Assembly (NCBI GenBank): GCA_002269645.1
Contig: NIVC01001677.1
Span: 124,001 to 188,000 of the forward strand
Origin: Macrostomum lignano
Taxonomy: Eukaryota
Length of the DNA: 64,000 bases
Direction: 5' to 3'
Shown: piece after piece, positions 50,801 to 62,329 of the stretch
How positions within the stretch are numbered: the stretch's first letter is position 1
Layout: every line of letters begins with the position of its first letter
Program-made: the position numbers and the translations under genes
Notes under the pieces: model-generated
Database searches by the model: none
What the model saw: the letters and a program-made list of their open reading frames with translations, nothing else
What the model was told of the DNA's origin: nothing

Positions 50801-53800
50801 AAAATCAAAGTTTAAAATGCCATTTAAGATCTAAGCCAAAGTTATTCGCCGTTTTTAACTTATTTTTAATTTTCCCCGGGGTCCCCGGGAATGACAGTAA
50901 ATTCCCCGGGTCCCCGATAAGAATATTCCCCGGGGAATCGACATCCCTAGTCACACGGATACACGGCAGCGGTTTTGAATTTAAGCTTCCGACGTTGACT
51001 TGTCTTTTTATTCTCTAACATCCTAGGAGCCTGAGTTCGAATTTCATTCTCCTGAGCTCGACCAGTCTGACGCTTCGAAAAAGTCGAAATCGCGCTCTGC
51101 GTCTGCATCACGCCTTGATGAAGGCTCTCAGTTGCACAACGCTACCGCGGATGCAGGCGCTACTCCAGCCTCGAAGAAGGCCGCATCGCCTGGTGAAAAT
51201 CGTCGGTCTACTCGCAAATACGTCGACACCGAGTCCAGAAAAGTGAGTTTCGCTTGATGATCTCAAAGTAGCTAGCTGCAACTCAATTGCTGTAGAGAAG
51301 CTCTTAAAAGGTGGTCCACCTAACCTACAGACACAACTGAAGCAGCTCTCTCAGTCTGTTTGGGGCTTTGACTCTTATAAGGTGGTCCACCTAACCTACA
51401 GACACAACTGAAGCAGCTTTCTCAGTCTGTTTGGGGCTTTGACTCTTGGAAGGTGGTCCACCTAACCTACAGACACAACTGAAGCAGCTCTCTCAGTCTG
51501 TTTGGGGCTTTGACTTTTATAAGGTGGTCCACCTAACCTACAGACACAACTGATGCAGCTCTCTCAGTCTGTTTGGGGCCTTGGCTGTCAGAGCTGTCTT
51601 GAAAGTTTAGTGCGGGAATGTTTCCGTTTCTTGGAATGCAATCAGAACAGATTCTTAGAAAGCGAGCTGGTCCACCATGAGATCAGAATGTCTGCACTGT
51701 GTAAATGAATGGTCTCTAGGCATTCCGACTCAGATTATCGCCTAGTAGTGCTGTAGAGAAGGTGGTCCACCTAACCTACAGACACAACTGAAGCAGCTCT
51801 CTCAGTCTGTTTGAGGGTCACACGGATACACTGCAGCGGTTTTGAATTTAAGCTTCCGACGTTGACTTGTCTTTTTATTCTCTAACTTCCTAGGAGCCCG
51901 AGGTCGAATTTCGTTCTCCTGAGCTCGACCAGTCTGAGGCTTCGAAAAAGTTGAAATCGCGCTCTGCGTCTGCATCACGCCTTGATGAAGGCGCTCAGTC
52001 GCACAACGCTACCGCGGATGCAAGCGCTACTCCAGCCTCGAAGAAGGCCGCATCGCCTGGTGAAAATCGTCGGTCTACTGGCAAATCCGTCGACACCGAG
52101 TCCAGAAAAGTGAGTTTCGCTTGATGATCTCAAAGTAGCTAGCTGCAACTCAATTGCTGTAGAGAAGCTGGTCCACCTAACCTACAGACACAACTGAAGC
52201 AGCTCTCTCAGTCTGTTTGGGGCTTTGAATCTTGGAAGGTGGTCCACCTAACCTACAGACACATCTGAAGCAGCTTTCTCAGTCTGTTTGGGGCTTTGAC
52301 TCTTGGAAGGTGGTCCACCTAACCTACAGACACAACTGAAGCAGCTCTCTCAGTCTGTTTGGGGCTTTGACTTTTATAAGGTGGTCCACCTAACCTACAG
52401 ACACAACTGAAGCAGCTCTCTCAGTCTGTTTGGGGCTTTGACTCTTAAAAAGTGGTCCACCTAACCTACAGACACAACTGAAGCAGCTCTCTCAGTCTGT
52501 TTGGGGCTTTGACTCTTGGAAGGTGGTCCACCTAACCTACAGACACAACTGAAGCAGCTCTCTCAGTCTGTTTGGGGCTTTGACTCTTAGAAGGTGGTCC
52601 ACCTAACCTACAGTCAAAACTTATGTACTGTTTAGGCGTTTCCGTAATGGAGTAATATGTGAGAAATTTTTTTTTATTTTAGTTTCTACAGGGCTGTTTG
52701 GTCGAGCAGTTTACATTGGATTCTCTTCGAGGGAAGCGAGTTTTTTTTCTGTACGGCGAAAGTCAAAAGCGACAAAAGAAGCTGGAATCTGCCGTCGTCT
52801 ATTATGGCGGAAGCGTTGCTTCGTTTTTTTCAAATGAGGTGTGTAGTTTTTGCAATGCATTCGTTGTTTTTGTTTGTTGCTTGTTAATAGGGCAGATTAG
52901 AGACGTTGATAGATTTTTTGTAGCTATGGGCTCGTATTTTTTGCTTTTCCAGGTTGATTTAATCATCGCTGACGATTCCGCTGTCTCCATTGAAGCTAAA
53001 CAATCTTTTTCGGAGTTTTCTAGGGGTTTCACCATGCAGCAGAGAGCCGTTACGCAAACTTCGAGTTCGCAATGCAGAATTGTCAAAACATTCGAAGATA
53101 TTTTGACGAAAGCTCGCTTGCTGCAAATACCTGTCTACACTCCGGCAATATTTCGAGATCGAATTCGCGATCAAGTTTCTCAACACGAGCTGTGCCAGAA
53201 AACTATTTCTTCAGGGAGGTTTGCCGAAGAAGATCGGAATTTGACCCCACCGGCCGTTGTTGTTACGGATGCCCAGCATTTGCTGAGACCAATCTTCAAA
53301 GATAACATTGATGTCGTCGACATTTTTGCAAACCCAAGGGCTAATAATAACGATGAAAAAAATCGTCAAAAGCCTGACGGCAAAGAAAAACGGAAAGGTC
53401 GGTGTGAAAACTGTCGCGAAGCCTACGACGACTTTAATCAGCACATAACATTAAGCCAAAAGCACCAAGATTTCGTTTCGAATAAAAAAAATTTTTACTG
53501 AAATCGACCAAATCATTTCAACTCTTCCGACGCTAGACAGCGCCCTAAATGAAGCGACTCAAAAGGCTACCGCTCCTATGACACATCATGACACGAAAAA
53601 ACCGGATTCGAAAGCACTACCTAACATATTTCAGCAAAATGACGGTGATAGACGCCAAGCCGCATCGCTTGGCGAAAATCGTCAGTCTGCTCGCAAATAC
53701 GTCGACACCGAGTCCAAAAAAGTGAGTTTCGTTTAATGATCTCAAAATAGCTAGCTGCATGCAACTCAATTGCTGTAGAGAAGTTCTTAAAAGGTGGTCC

Positions 53801-56800
53801 ACCTAACCTACAGACACAACTGAAGCAGCTCTCTCAGTCTGTTTGGGGCTTTGACTTTTATAAGGTGGTCCACCTAACCTACAGACACAACTGAAGCAGC
53901 TCTCTCAGTCTGTTTGGGGCTTTGACTCTTAAAAGGTGGTCCACCTAACCTACAGGCACAACTAAAGCAGCTCTCTCAGTCTGTTTGAGGGTCACACGGA
54001 TACACGGCAGCGGTTTTGAATTTAAGCTTCCGACTTTGACTTGTCTTTTTATTCTCTAATTTCCTAGGAGCCTGAGGTCGAATTTCGTTCCCGCCAAATC
54101 GAACGCACTGGTGCCTCAAAAAGAGGGCGGAAATCGCGAAGCCGTTCGCGCTCTGCATCACGCCTTGATGAAGGCGCTCAGTCGCACAACGCTACCGCGG
54201 ATGCAGGCGCTACTCCAGCCTCGAAGAAGGCCGCATCGCCTGGTGAAAATCGTCGGTCTACTGGCAAATCCGTCGACACCGAGTCCAGAAAAGTGAGTTT
54301 CGCTTGATGATCTCAAAGTAGCTAGCTGCAACTCAATTGCTGTAGAGAAGCTGGTCCACCTAACCTACAGACACAACTGAAGCAGCTCTCTCAGTCTGTT
54401 TGGGGCTTTGACTCTTGGAAGGTGGTCCACCTAACCTACAGACACAACTGAAGCAGCTCTCTCAGTCTGTTTGGGGCTTTAACTCTTAAAAGGTGGTCAA
54501 CCTAACCTACAGACACAACTGAAGCAGCTCTCTCAGTCTGTTTGGGGCTTTGACTTTTATAAGGTGGTCCACCTAACCTACAGACACAACTGAAGCAGCT
54601 CTCTCAGTCTGTTTGGGGCTTTGACTTTTATAAGGTGGTCCACCTAACCTACAGACACAACTGAAGCAGCTCTCTCAGTCTGTTTGGGGCTTTGACTTTT
54701 ATAAGGTGTCCACCTAACCTACAGACACAACTGAAGCAGCTCTCTCAGTCTGTTTGGGGCTTTGACTCTTGGAAGGTGGTCCACCTAACCTACAGACACA
54801 ACTGAAGCAGCTCTCTCAGTCTGTTTGGGGCCTTGGCTGTCAGAGCTGTCTTGAAAGTTTAGTGCGGGAATGTTTCCGTTTCTTGGAATGCAATCAGAAC
54901 AGATTCTTAGAAAGCGAGCTGGTCCACCATGAGATCAGAATGTCTGCACTGTGTAAATGAATGGTCTCTAGGCATTCCGACTCAGATTATCGCCTAGTAG
55001 TGCTGTAGAGAAGGTGGTCCACCTAACCTACAGACACAACTGAAGCAGCTCTCTCAGTCTGTTTGAGGGTCACACGGATACACGGCAGCGGTTTTGAATT
55101 TAAGCTTCCGACTTTGACTTGTCTTTTTATTCTCTAACTTCCTAGGAGCCTGAGGTCGAATTTCGTTCCCGCCAAATCGAACGCACTGGTGCCTCAAAAA
55201 GAGGGCGGAAATCGCGAAGCCGTTCGCGCTCTGCATCACGCCTTGATGAAGGCGCTCAGTCGCACAACGCTACCGCGGATGCAGGCGCTACTCCAGCCTC
55301 GAAGAAGGCCGCATCGCCTGGTGAAAATCGTCGGTCAACTGTCAAATCCGTCGACACCGAGTCCAGAAAAGTGAGTTTCGCTTGATGATCTCAAAGTAGC
55401 TAGCTGCAACTCAATTGCTGTAGAGAAGCTGGTCCACCTAACCTACAGACATCAACTGAAGCAGCTCTCTCAGTCTGTTTGGGGCTTTGACTTTTATAAG
55501 GTGGTCCACCTAACCTACAGAAACAACTGAAGCAGCTCTCTCAGTCTGTTTGGGGCTTTGACTTTTATAAGGTGGTCCACCTAACCTACAGACACAACTG
55601 AAGCAGCTTTCTCAGTCTGTTTGGGGCTTTGACTTTTATAAGGTGGTCCACCTAACCTACAGACACAACTGAAGCAGCTCTCTCAGTCTGTTTGGGGCTT
55701 TGACTTTTATAAGGTGGTCCACCTAACCTACAGACACAACTGAAGCAGCTCTCTCAGTCTGTTTGAGGGTCACACGGATACACGGCAGCGGTTTTGAATT
55801 TAAGCTTCCGACTTTGACTTGTCTTTTTATTCTCTAACTTCCTAGGAGCCTGAGGTCGAATTTCGTTCCCGCCAAATCGAACGCACTGGTGCCTCAAAAA
55901 GAGGGCGGAAATCGCGAAGCCGTTCGCGCTCTGCATCACGCCTTGATGAAGGCGCTCAGTCGCACAACGCTACCGCGGATGCAGGCGCTACTCCAGCCTC
56001 GAAGAAGGCCGCATCGCCTGGTGAAAATCGTCGGTCTACTGGCAAATCCGTGGACACCGAGTCCAGAAAAGTGAGTTTCGCTTGATGATCTCAAAGTAGC
56101 TAGCTGCAACTCAATTGCTGTAGAGAAGCTGGTCCACCTAACCTACAGACACAACTGAAGCAGCTCTCTCAGTCTGTTTGGGGCTTTGACTTTTATAAGG
56201 TGGTCCACCTAACCTACAGACACAACTGAAGCAGCTCTCTCAGTCTGTTTGGGGCTTTGACTTTTATAAGGTGGTCCACCTAACCTACAGACACAACTGA
56301 AGCAGCTCTCTCAGTCTGTTTGGGGCTTTGGCTCTCAGAGCTGTCTTGAAAGTTTAGTGCGGGAATGTTTCCGTTTCTTGGAATGCAATCAGAACAGATT
56401 CTTAGAAAGCGAGCTGGTCCACCATGAGATCAGAACGTCTGCACTGTGTAAATGAATGGTCTCAAGGCATTCCGACTCAGATTATCGCCTAGTAGTGCTG
56501 TAGAGAAGGTGGTCCACCTAACCTACAGACACAACTGAAGCAGCTCTCTCAGTCTGTTTGGGGCTTTGACTCTTAAAAGGTGGTCCACCTAACCTACAGA
56601 CATCAACTGAAGCAGCTCTCTCAGTCTGTTTGGGGCTTTGACTCTTAAAAGGTGGTCAACCTAACCTACAGACACAACTGAAGCAGCTCTCTCAGTCTGT
56701 TTGGGGCTTTGACTTTTATAAGGTGGTCCACCTAACCTACAGACACAACTGAAGCAGCTCTCTCAGTCTGTTTGGGGCTTTGACTTTTATAAGGTGGTCC

Positions 56801-59800
56801 ACCTAACCTACAGACACAACTGAAGCAGCTCTCTCAGTCTGTTTGAGGGTCACACGGATACACGGCAGCGGTTTTGAATTTAAGCTTCCGACTTTGACTT
56901 GTCTTTTTATTCTCTAACTTCCTAGGAGCCTGAGGTCGAATTTCGTTCCCGCCAAATCGAACGCACTGGTGCCTCAAAAAGAGGGCGGAAATCGCGAAGC
57001 CGTTCGCGCTCTGCATCACGCCTTGATGAAGGCGCTCAGTCGCACAACGCTACGCGGATGCAGGCGCTACTCCAGCCTCGAAGAAGGCCGCATCGCCTGG
57101 TGAAAATCGTCGGTCTACTGGCAAATCCGTGGACACCGAGTCCAGAAAAGTGAGTTTCGCTTGATGATCTCAAAGTAGCTAGCTGCAACTCAATTGCTGT
57201 AGAGAAGCTGGTCCACCTAACCTACAGACACAACTGAAGCAGCTCTCTCAGTCTGTTTGGGGCTTTGACTTTTATAAGGTGGTCCACCTAACCTACAGAC
57301 ACAACTGAAGCAGCTCTCTCAGTCTGTTTGGGGCTTTGACTTTTATAAGGTGGTCCACCTAACCTACAGACACAACTGAAGCAGCTCTCTCAGTCTGTTT
57401 GGGGCTTTGGCTCTCAGAGCTGTCTTGAAAGTTTAGTGCGGGAATGTTTCCGTTTCTTGGAATGCAATCAGAACAGATTCTTAGAAAGCGAGCTGGTCCA
57501 CCATGAGATCAGAACGTCTGCACTGTGTAAATGAATGGTCTCAAGGCATTCCGACTCAGATTATCGCCTAGTAGTGCTGTAGAGAAGGTGGTCCACCTAA
57601 CCTACAGACACAACTGAAGCAGCTCTCTCAGTCTGTTTGGGGCTTTGACTCTTAAAAGGTGGTCCACCTAACCTACAGACATCAACTGAAGCAGCTCTCT
57701 CAGTCTGTTTGGGGCTTTGACTCTTAAAAGGTGGTCAACCTAACCTACAGACACAACTGAAGCAGCTCTCTCAGTCTGTTTGGGGCTTTGACTTTTATAA
57801 GGTGGTCCACCTAACCTACAGACACAACTGAAGCAGCTCTCTCAGTCTGTTTGGGGCTTTGACTTTTATAAGGTGGTCCACCTAACCTACAGACACAACT
57901 GAAGCAGCTCTCTCAGTCTGTTTGAGGGTCACACGGATACACGGCAGCGGTTTTGAATTTAAGCTTCCGACTTTGACTTGTCTTTTTATTCTCTAACTTC
58001 CTAGGAGCCTGAGGTCGAATTTCGTTCCCGCCAAATCGAACGCACTGGTGCCTCAAAAAGAGGGCGGAAATCGCGAAGCCGTTCGCGCTCTGCATCACGC
58101 CTTGATGAAGGCGCTCAGTCGCACAACGCTACCGCGGATGCAGGCGCTACTCCAGCCTCGAAGAAGGCCGCATCGCCTGGTGAAAATCGTCGGTCTACTG
58201 GCAAATCCGTCGACACCGAGTCCAGAAAAGTGAGTTTCGCTTGATGATCTCAAAGTAGCTAGCTGCAACTCAATTGCTGTAGAGAAGCTGGTCCACCTAA
58301 CCTACAGACACAACTGAAGCAGCTCTCTCAGTCTGTTTGGGGCTTTGACTCTTAAAAGGTGGTCCACCTAACCTACAGACACAACTGAAGCAGCTCTCTC
58401 AGTCTGTTTGGGGCTTTAACTCTTAAAAGGTGGTCAACCTAACCTACAGACACAACTGAAGCAGCTCTCTCAGTCTGTTTGGGGCTTTGACTTTTATAAG
58501 GTGGTCCACCTAACCTACAGACACAACTGAAGCAGCTCTCTCAGTCTGTTTGGGGCTTTGACTCTTGGAAGGTGGTCCACCTAACCTACAGACACAACTA
58601 AAGCAGCTCTCTCAGTCTGTTTGGGGCTTTGGCTCTCAGAGCTGTCTTGAAAGTTTAGTGCGGGAATGTTTCCGTTTCTTGGAATGCAATCAGAACAGAT
58701 TTTTAGAAAGCGAGCTGGTCCACCATGAGATCAGAACGTCTGCACTGTGTAAATGAATGGTCTCAAGGCATTCCGACTCAGATTATCGCCTAGTAGTGCT
58801 GTAGAGAAGGTGGTCCACCTAACCTACAGACACAACTGAAGCAGCTCTCTCAGTCTGTTTGGGGCTTTGACTCTTGGAAGGTGGTCCACCTAACCTACAG
58901 ACACAACTGAAGCAGCTCTCTCAGTCTGTTTGGGGCTTTGGCTCTCAGAGCTGTCTTGAAAGTTTAGTGCGGGAATGTTTCCGTTTCTTGGAATGCAATC
59001 AGAACAGATTCTTAGAAAGCGAGCTGGTCCACCATGAGATCAGAACGTCTGCACTGTCTAAATGAAGGGTGTCTAAACGTTTTGACTTAGATTATCGCGT
59101 TGTAGTGCTTCAGAGAATTGACTTATTGACTTTTCAGGAAAAATGAGCTAATGAGTATATCTAAGCTATGTAACTTGCTGTTTATTTTTCAGGTTTGCGA
59201 TAGAGACGGCGATGCTACCAAAGCAAGGATAGACGTTGCTTTCGATTTAGTAGATGATGATTCGTTTGTGGACAAAAATCTTACGGTAGTAGACGATATT
59301 CTTGGTGGAAGGTTGCACTCAGCTTTAAGGGACATTGCAAATACGAGTATACTACCTGAGGACGCTGAACTCGAGGAAGAAGATGGTGATGAAGATTATT
59401 ATTTGGAGGAAGTCTGGTCTGATGATTTAGTTCCGTCCCAAGCGAAACTTAAGCATGAGAAGAAGAGGCATTGCTGCCTCTTTTGCGGAGAAATGTTTTC
59501 GAAGATCAGAAGGCATCCTATTCGGGCACACTCGAAGGAAATGTGTGTACAGCGCGCCCTCGCATTTAATCCTAAGTCTGATAGTAAGTTTTTGAAATAA
59601 GTTTTTTATGTAGGTCCTCATAGTAGTATTTAGTTTGTCTGAAAATAATTATCTGTTCATATTTTTTTCAGAATATGACCAGGAATTTGATCGCTTGCGC
59701 TTTCGAGGAGATTACGAACATAACATAAAAGTTATGACCCAGGAGAAGGAGGGAGGAATCATTGTGTGTCGCGAAAGAAGTTCTTCGGACATGAAAGATA

Positions 59801-62136
59801 ATGAAGTTTCGTATTTGCCGTGCATTCACTGTTTTGGATTTTTTCGTAAAACTGAGTTAAGCAGGCATGTTCAGCGCTGCCGCTTTGTCGTAAATGTCAG
59901 CGATTTGAACAGGCGCACAGAAGCTGTCAGTGCAGGACGCTGCCTTCTCCTTGCATCATGCTTTCCGGCGAAATATCCGTCCAAATTTATTGAACTTATT
60001 AATAAAATGAAGGTAGACTCATGTAGCAAAGTAGCTCAATCAGACAAGCTTATAATGGAACTTGGCTACTACGCCTATGAAGGTTTTACATCCGGAAAGA
60101 CAGGAAAGAAAATTGTAACTGCGAAAATGCGTGAAATGTCGAGATTACTTATGTCAGCTCGTGAAATTATGGGCGATCCCAGCGCTTGTCTTGACGATTT
60201 GCTGAAGCCATCATCATTTGATTTAGTTGTTGAGGCGACTCGAAATGTAGCGAAATTTACGGCCCAAGAAGATGCTCAGATTTGCGATTCTTTTTCTATT
60301 CCTTCGATGGCACTTAAGTGCGGGTTTTCTCTGAAGCTGGCTGCTGAACTGTCGTTAGTACGTGCCGTGAAATGCGAAATGCCCGAAGTAGCTCAGGAGC
60401 GACGCAACTTCATCACTCTGTATGAAACATCATGGAGCCGTAAAATATCTTCGATTGCACTTTTGTCCTTGAAAGAAAGAAAAATTGACAAGGGTCAGAC
60501 ATTGCCGTTAACTAGCGACATTCAGTTAATCACGAAGCACATTAACGAATATTTAAGCCACATCGACACGGAAAAGCTAAAAAGCAGCCCTTCTTACTGG
60601 AAAGAGGTGGCCGAATATGTTGCGATTCGTTTGTCTATTTTCAACAAGCGCCGGGCGTCTGAGCCCTTCAAGCTGCGAGTTTCGGCGTGGCAGAAAGCAA
60701 GATCATGCAAAGATGTTGATGATACAACATTATCTGCGCTAAGTGAATTAGAAAAGCAAATGCTTTACCGGTTGACTATCGTTAATGTTCGAGGTAAGAG
60801 AGCACAGCGACCGGTTCCTCTGCTAGTTTCGAATGAGATTGCTGAAATTATCGATGAGCTCATTCGCACAAGACACCACGCTTCAAGTCCTTACGTATTC
60901 TGCAGTAGTGGAAGTTTGGGATATATATCCCCATTCGTTGCGCGCACAAATGTTGTCTCCAGTTGTCAAGGGCTCCAGTTCCCTGCTCGTCTATCTTCGA
61001 CCAACCTTCGAAAATACATTGCCACTGTCTCTCAGATCCTTGAAATGAGAGAAAATGAGCTCGGATGGCTCTCCAACCATCTTGGACATAGCCTTAATGT
61101 TCACCATAATTTCTATCGATTGCATGAAAACACTATTGAGCTTGCTAAAGTAGGCAAGCTACTTCTGGCTATCGAGGCCGGTAGATTCGACCAGCTTAAA
61201 GGCAAAACTATCGAAGAGATTGATGTTAACGACATCGAAATTGACTATGACATTGACGATAAGTCAGATGCAAAAAAAGATGATTTGAACGAATCCGGTG
61301 ATGTGGAAGCCTCAATAGGCTCACAGGCTCGAGAATTAAAACGTGGTGACCAAAAGAGTCAAGCACCTCCTGAGAATAATGGAGCTCGTATCCAAGCTAA
61401 GGAATTTGAGGACGAGTCAATTTATCACGAAGGTTCTGTCGACTTTCGCGGAGCCCCCCTGTCCATCAAGCAAGTCGAAAAAAAGAAGAATCGATTAGCT
61501 GTGCTCGACTCAGATGAATATGAAAGCGAAGTAGACAAAGACGATTCAGACTACCAACCGACGAAAAAAACCAGAAAAGTGCAGAAAGCTAGAGCAAACG
61601 AAAGGCGGATTCGAAGGACGACTAAGCCAAAGGGTGCGACAGCAACAACGACTAATAACAAAAGCGAGCCAGGACATGGACAAGAGGACCCACAGAAGGA
61701 CAAAAGCGAGCCAGGACCCGGACAAGAGGACCCACAGAAGGACAAAAGCGAGCCAGGACCCGGACAAGAGGACCCACAGAAGGACAAAAGCGAGCCAGGA
61801 CCCGGACAAGAGGACCCACAGAAGGACAAAAGCGCTCCTAGTTCGGAAGGTAAGGACAAAATGGGAACTGGGGGGAAGAAAAAAACCAAAGTTGATTTCA
61901 GTTACTTCAATCCATTTCAGAAGTCAAGAAAAAAACTAATTCAGGAGCACATTGCGTGGAACAAAGACGAAAATGAGGCAATTAACCGCGCGATAGAAAA
62001 GATCGAAGACGGCAAAGTACCTGGTTTTGCAGCCCTTGGAGAGCTAAAAGCACGCGAACCTGCACTCCAGTCACGATCGATCCATAAAATAAAAACGAAG
62101 TTTTTCAATGAAATGAAAAAACGCGGCATTTTGTGA
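47861..62136 (+). CDS. Predicted 13-exon H1-like/repeat/DBF4-like/tyrosine recombinase fusion gene, ~1900 aa, with two 1-nt frameshifts as assembled
   Basis: Exons 47861-48019, 48423-48638, 51027-51242, 51894-52109, 52683-52838, 52953-53721, 54068-54292, 55146-55370, 55846-56070, 56926-57149, 58005-58229, 59193-59583, 59672-62136. All have AG/GT boundaries; all junctions are phase 0 except the last (phase 1, compatible). There is +1 nt at ~53482-53496 and -1 nt at ~57052. Confidence 0.65.
49140..50949 (+). mobile_element. Non-autonomous hAT element (1810 bp) inserted in an intron of the YR gene
   Basis: TIRs TAGGGATGTCGA and TCGACATCCCTA; perfect TSD GTCACACG (49132-49139, 50950-50957), which is single in sister repeat units; CCCCGGGG subterminal repeats; hAT dimerization remnant YPPTSVAAEHAFSAS..GLLLTKVHARFDDATLS near 49610-49720. 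Confidence 0.93.
50260..50756 (-). mobile_element. Possible non-autonomous Helitron-like 5' fragment inside the hAT cargo
   Basis: The minus strand begins A|TCTCTACCTATAAAAATGAAAACTCTGTCTGCGTGTGTGTCTG, a TC start followed by a GTCT-like tract as in many invertebrate Helitron-like elements. No CTAG 3' end was found. Confidence 0.3.
52683..53721 (+). CDS. DBF4: DBF4-like exons (motif N/BRCT, motif M, zf-DBF motif C)
   Basis: After removing the in-frame intron 52839-52952: LRGKRVFF..KLESAVVYYGGSVASFFSNE|VDLIIAD..ILTKARLLQIPVY (N); LTPPAVVVTDAQHLLRPIFKD (M); KGRCENCREAYDDFNQHITLSQKHQDFVSN, continuing (+1 frame) as EIDQII (C). Confidence 0.85.
59193..62136 (+). CDS. Tyrosine recombinase exons with Cys/His N-terminal motifs, acidic linker, 14-aa repeat and Myb/SANT-like tail
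   Basis: CLFCGEMFSKIRRH and YLPCIHCFGFF..LSRHVQRC precede catalytic-type motifs FNKRRASE (R), VRGKR (K), STNLRKYIAT (R) and LGHSLNVHHNFYR (H,Y). KSEPGPGQEDPQKD occurs about 4 times (42 bp). C-terminus is WNKDENEAI..GKVPG..EPALQSRSIHKIK. Confidence 0.88.
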
Positions 62137-62229
62137 CTAAACGCTTTATGATTGCTAACACTAAGATTAAAAAGCATCTATTAGTTTAGCTGACAAGAAA
62201 TACCTGTTCACTATCGATAGCATAGCGAT

Positions 62230-62320
62230 GGCTTTTGGGGGCGGTCCAAGTTTGGGACGCCAAAATGAGTATGAGGGGCGCCAATTTTTAAGCTGGGGGT
62301 GCAAAAAACGTGTAGGGGGG
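62230..62320 (-). mobile_element. Fragment of the same MITE family as 27741-28048, inverted
   Basis: GGGGGCGGTCCAAGTTTGGG..GAGTATGAGGGGCGCCAATTTTTAAGCTGGGGG is the reverse complement of ~27950-28020, with substitutions. Confidence 0.75.
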
Positions 62321-62329
62321 GGAATGCGA

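Larger units (their letters stand above)
48050..59060 (+). repeat. Intronic 71-bp satellite blocks with ~1.08-kb higher-order repeat
   Basis: Unit GGTGGTCCACCTAACCTACAGACACAACTGAAGCAGCTCTCTCAGTCTGTTTGGGGCTTTGA(CTCTTAAAA/CTTTTATAA/CTCTTGGAA). Higher-order spacing is 1078, 700, 1080 and 1079 bp between equivalent points at 53976, 55054, 55754, 56834 and 57913. Confidence 0.95.

Noticed and set aside
52698-53501. Stand-alone 267-aa ORF as annotated by the track
   Set aside because: It has a TTG start just after a splice acceptor, reads through a 114-nt in-frame intron, and ends at a frameshift inside motif C.
48296-58900. TAACC within the satellite unit as telomeric repeat
   Set aside because: There is only one TAACC per 71-bp unit and it is never tandem; it is better explained as part of the element end motif.
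48050-59060. CRISPR-like array (constant repeat plus a short variable segment)
   Set aside because: The variable part is only ~9 nt with three or four recurring variants rather than unique spacers. There are no cas genes, and the context is eukaryotic and intronic.
53976-59065. Repeated 61-63-aa ORFs (MPQKEGGN.., MMQSANG.., MEGGPPN..) as small genes
   Set aside because: They are off-frame or antisense readings of the repeated exon and intron units. The frame defined by the splice sites is EPEVEF..DTESRK.
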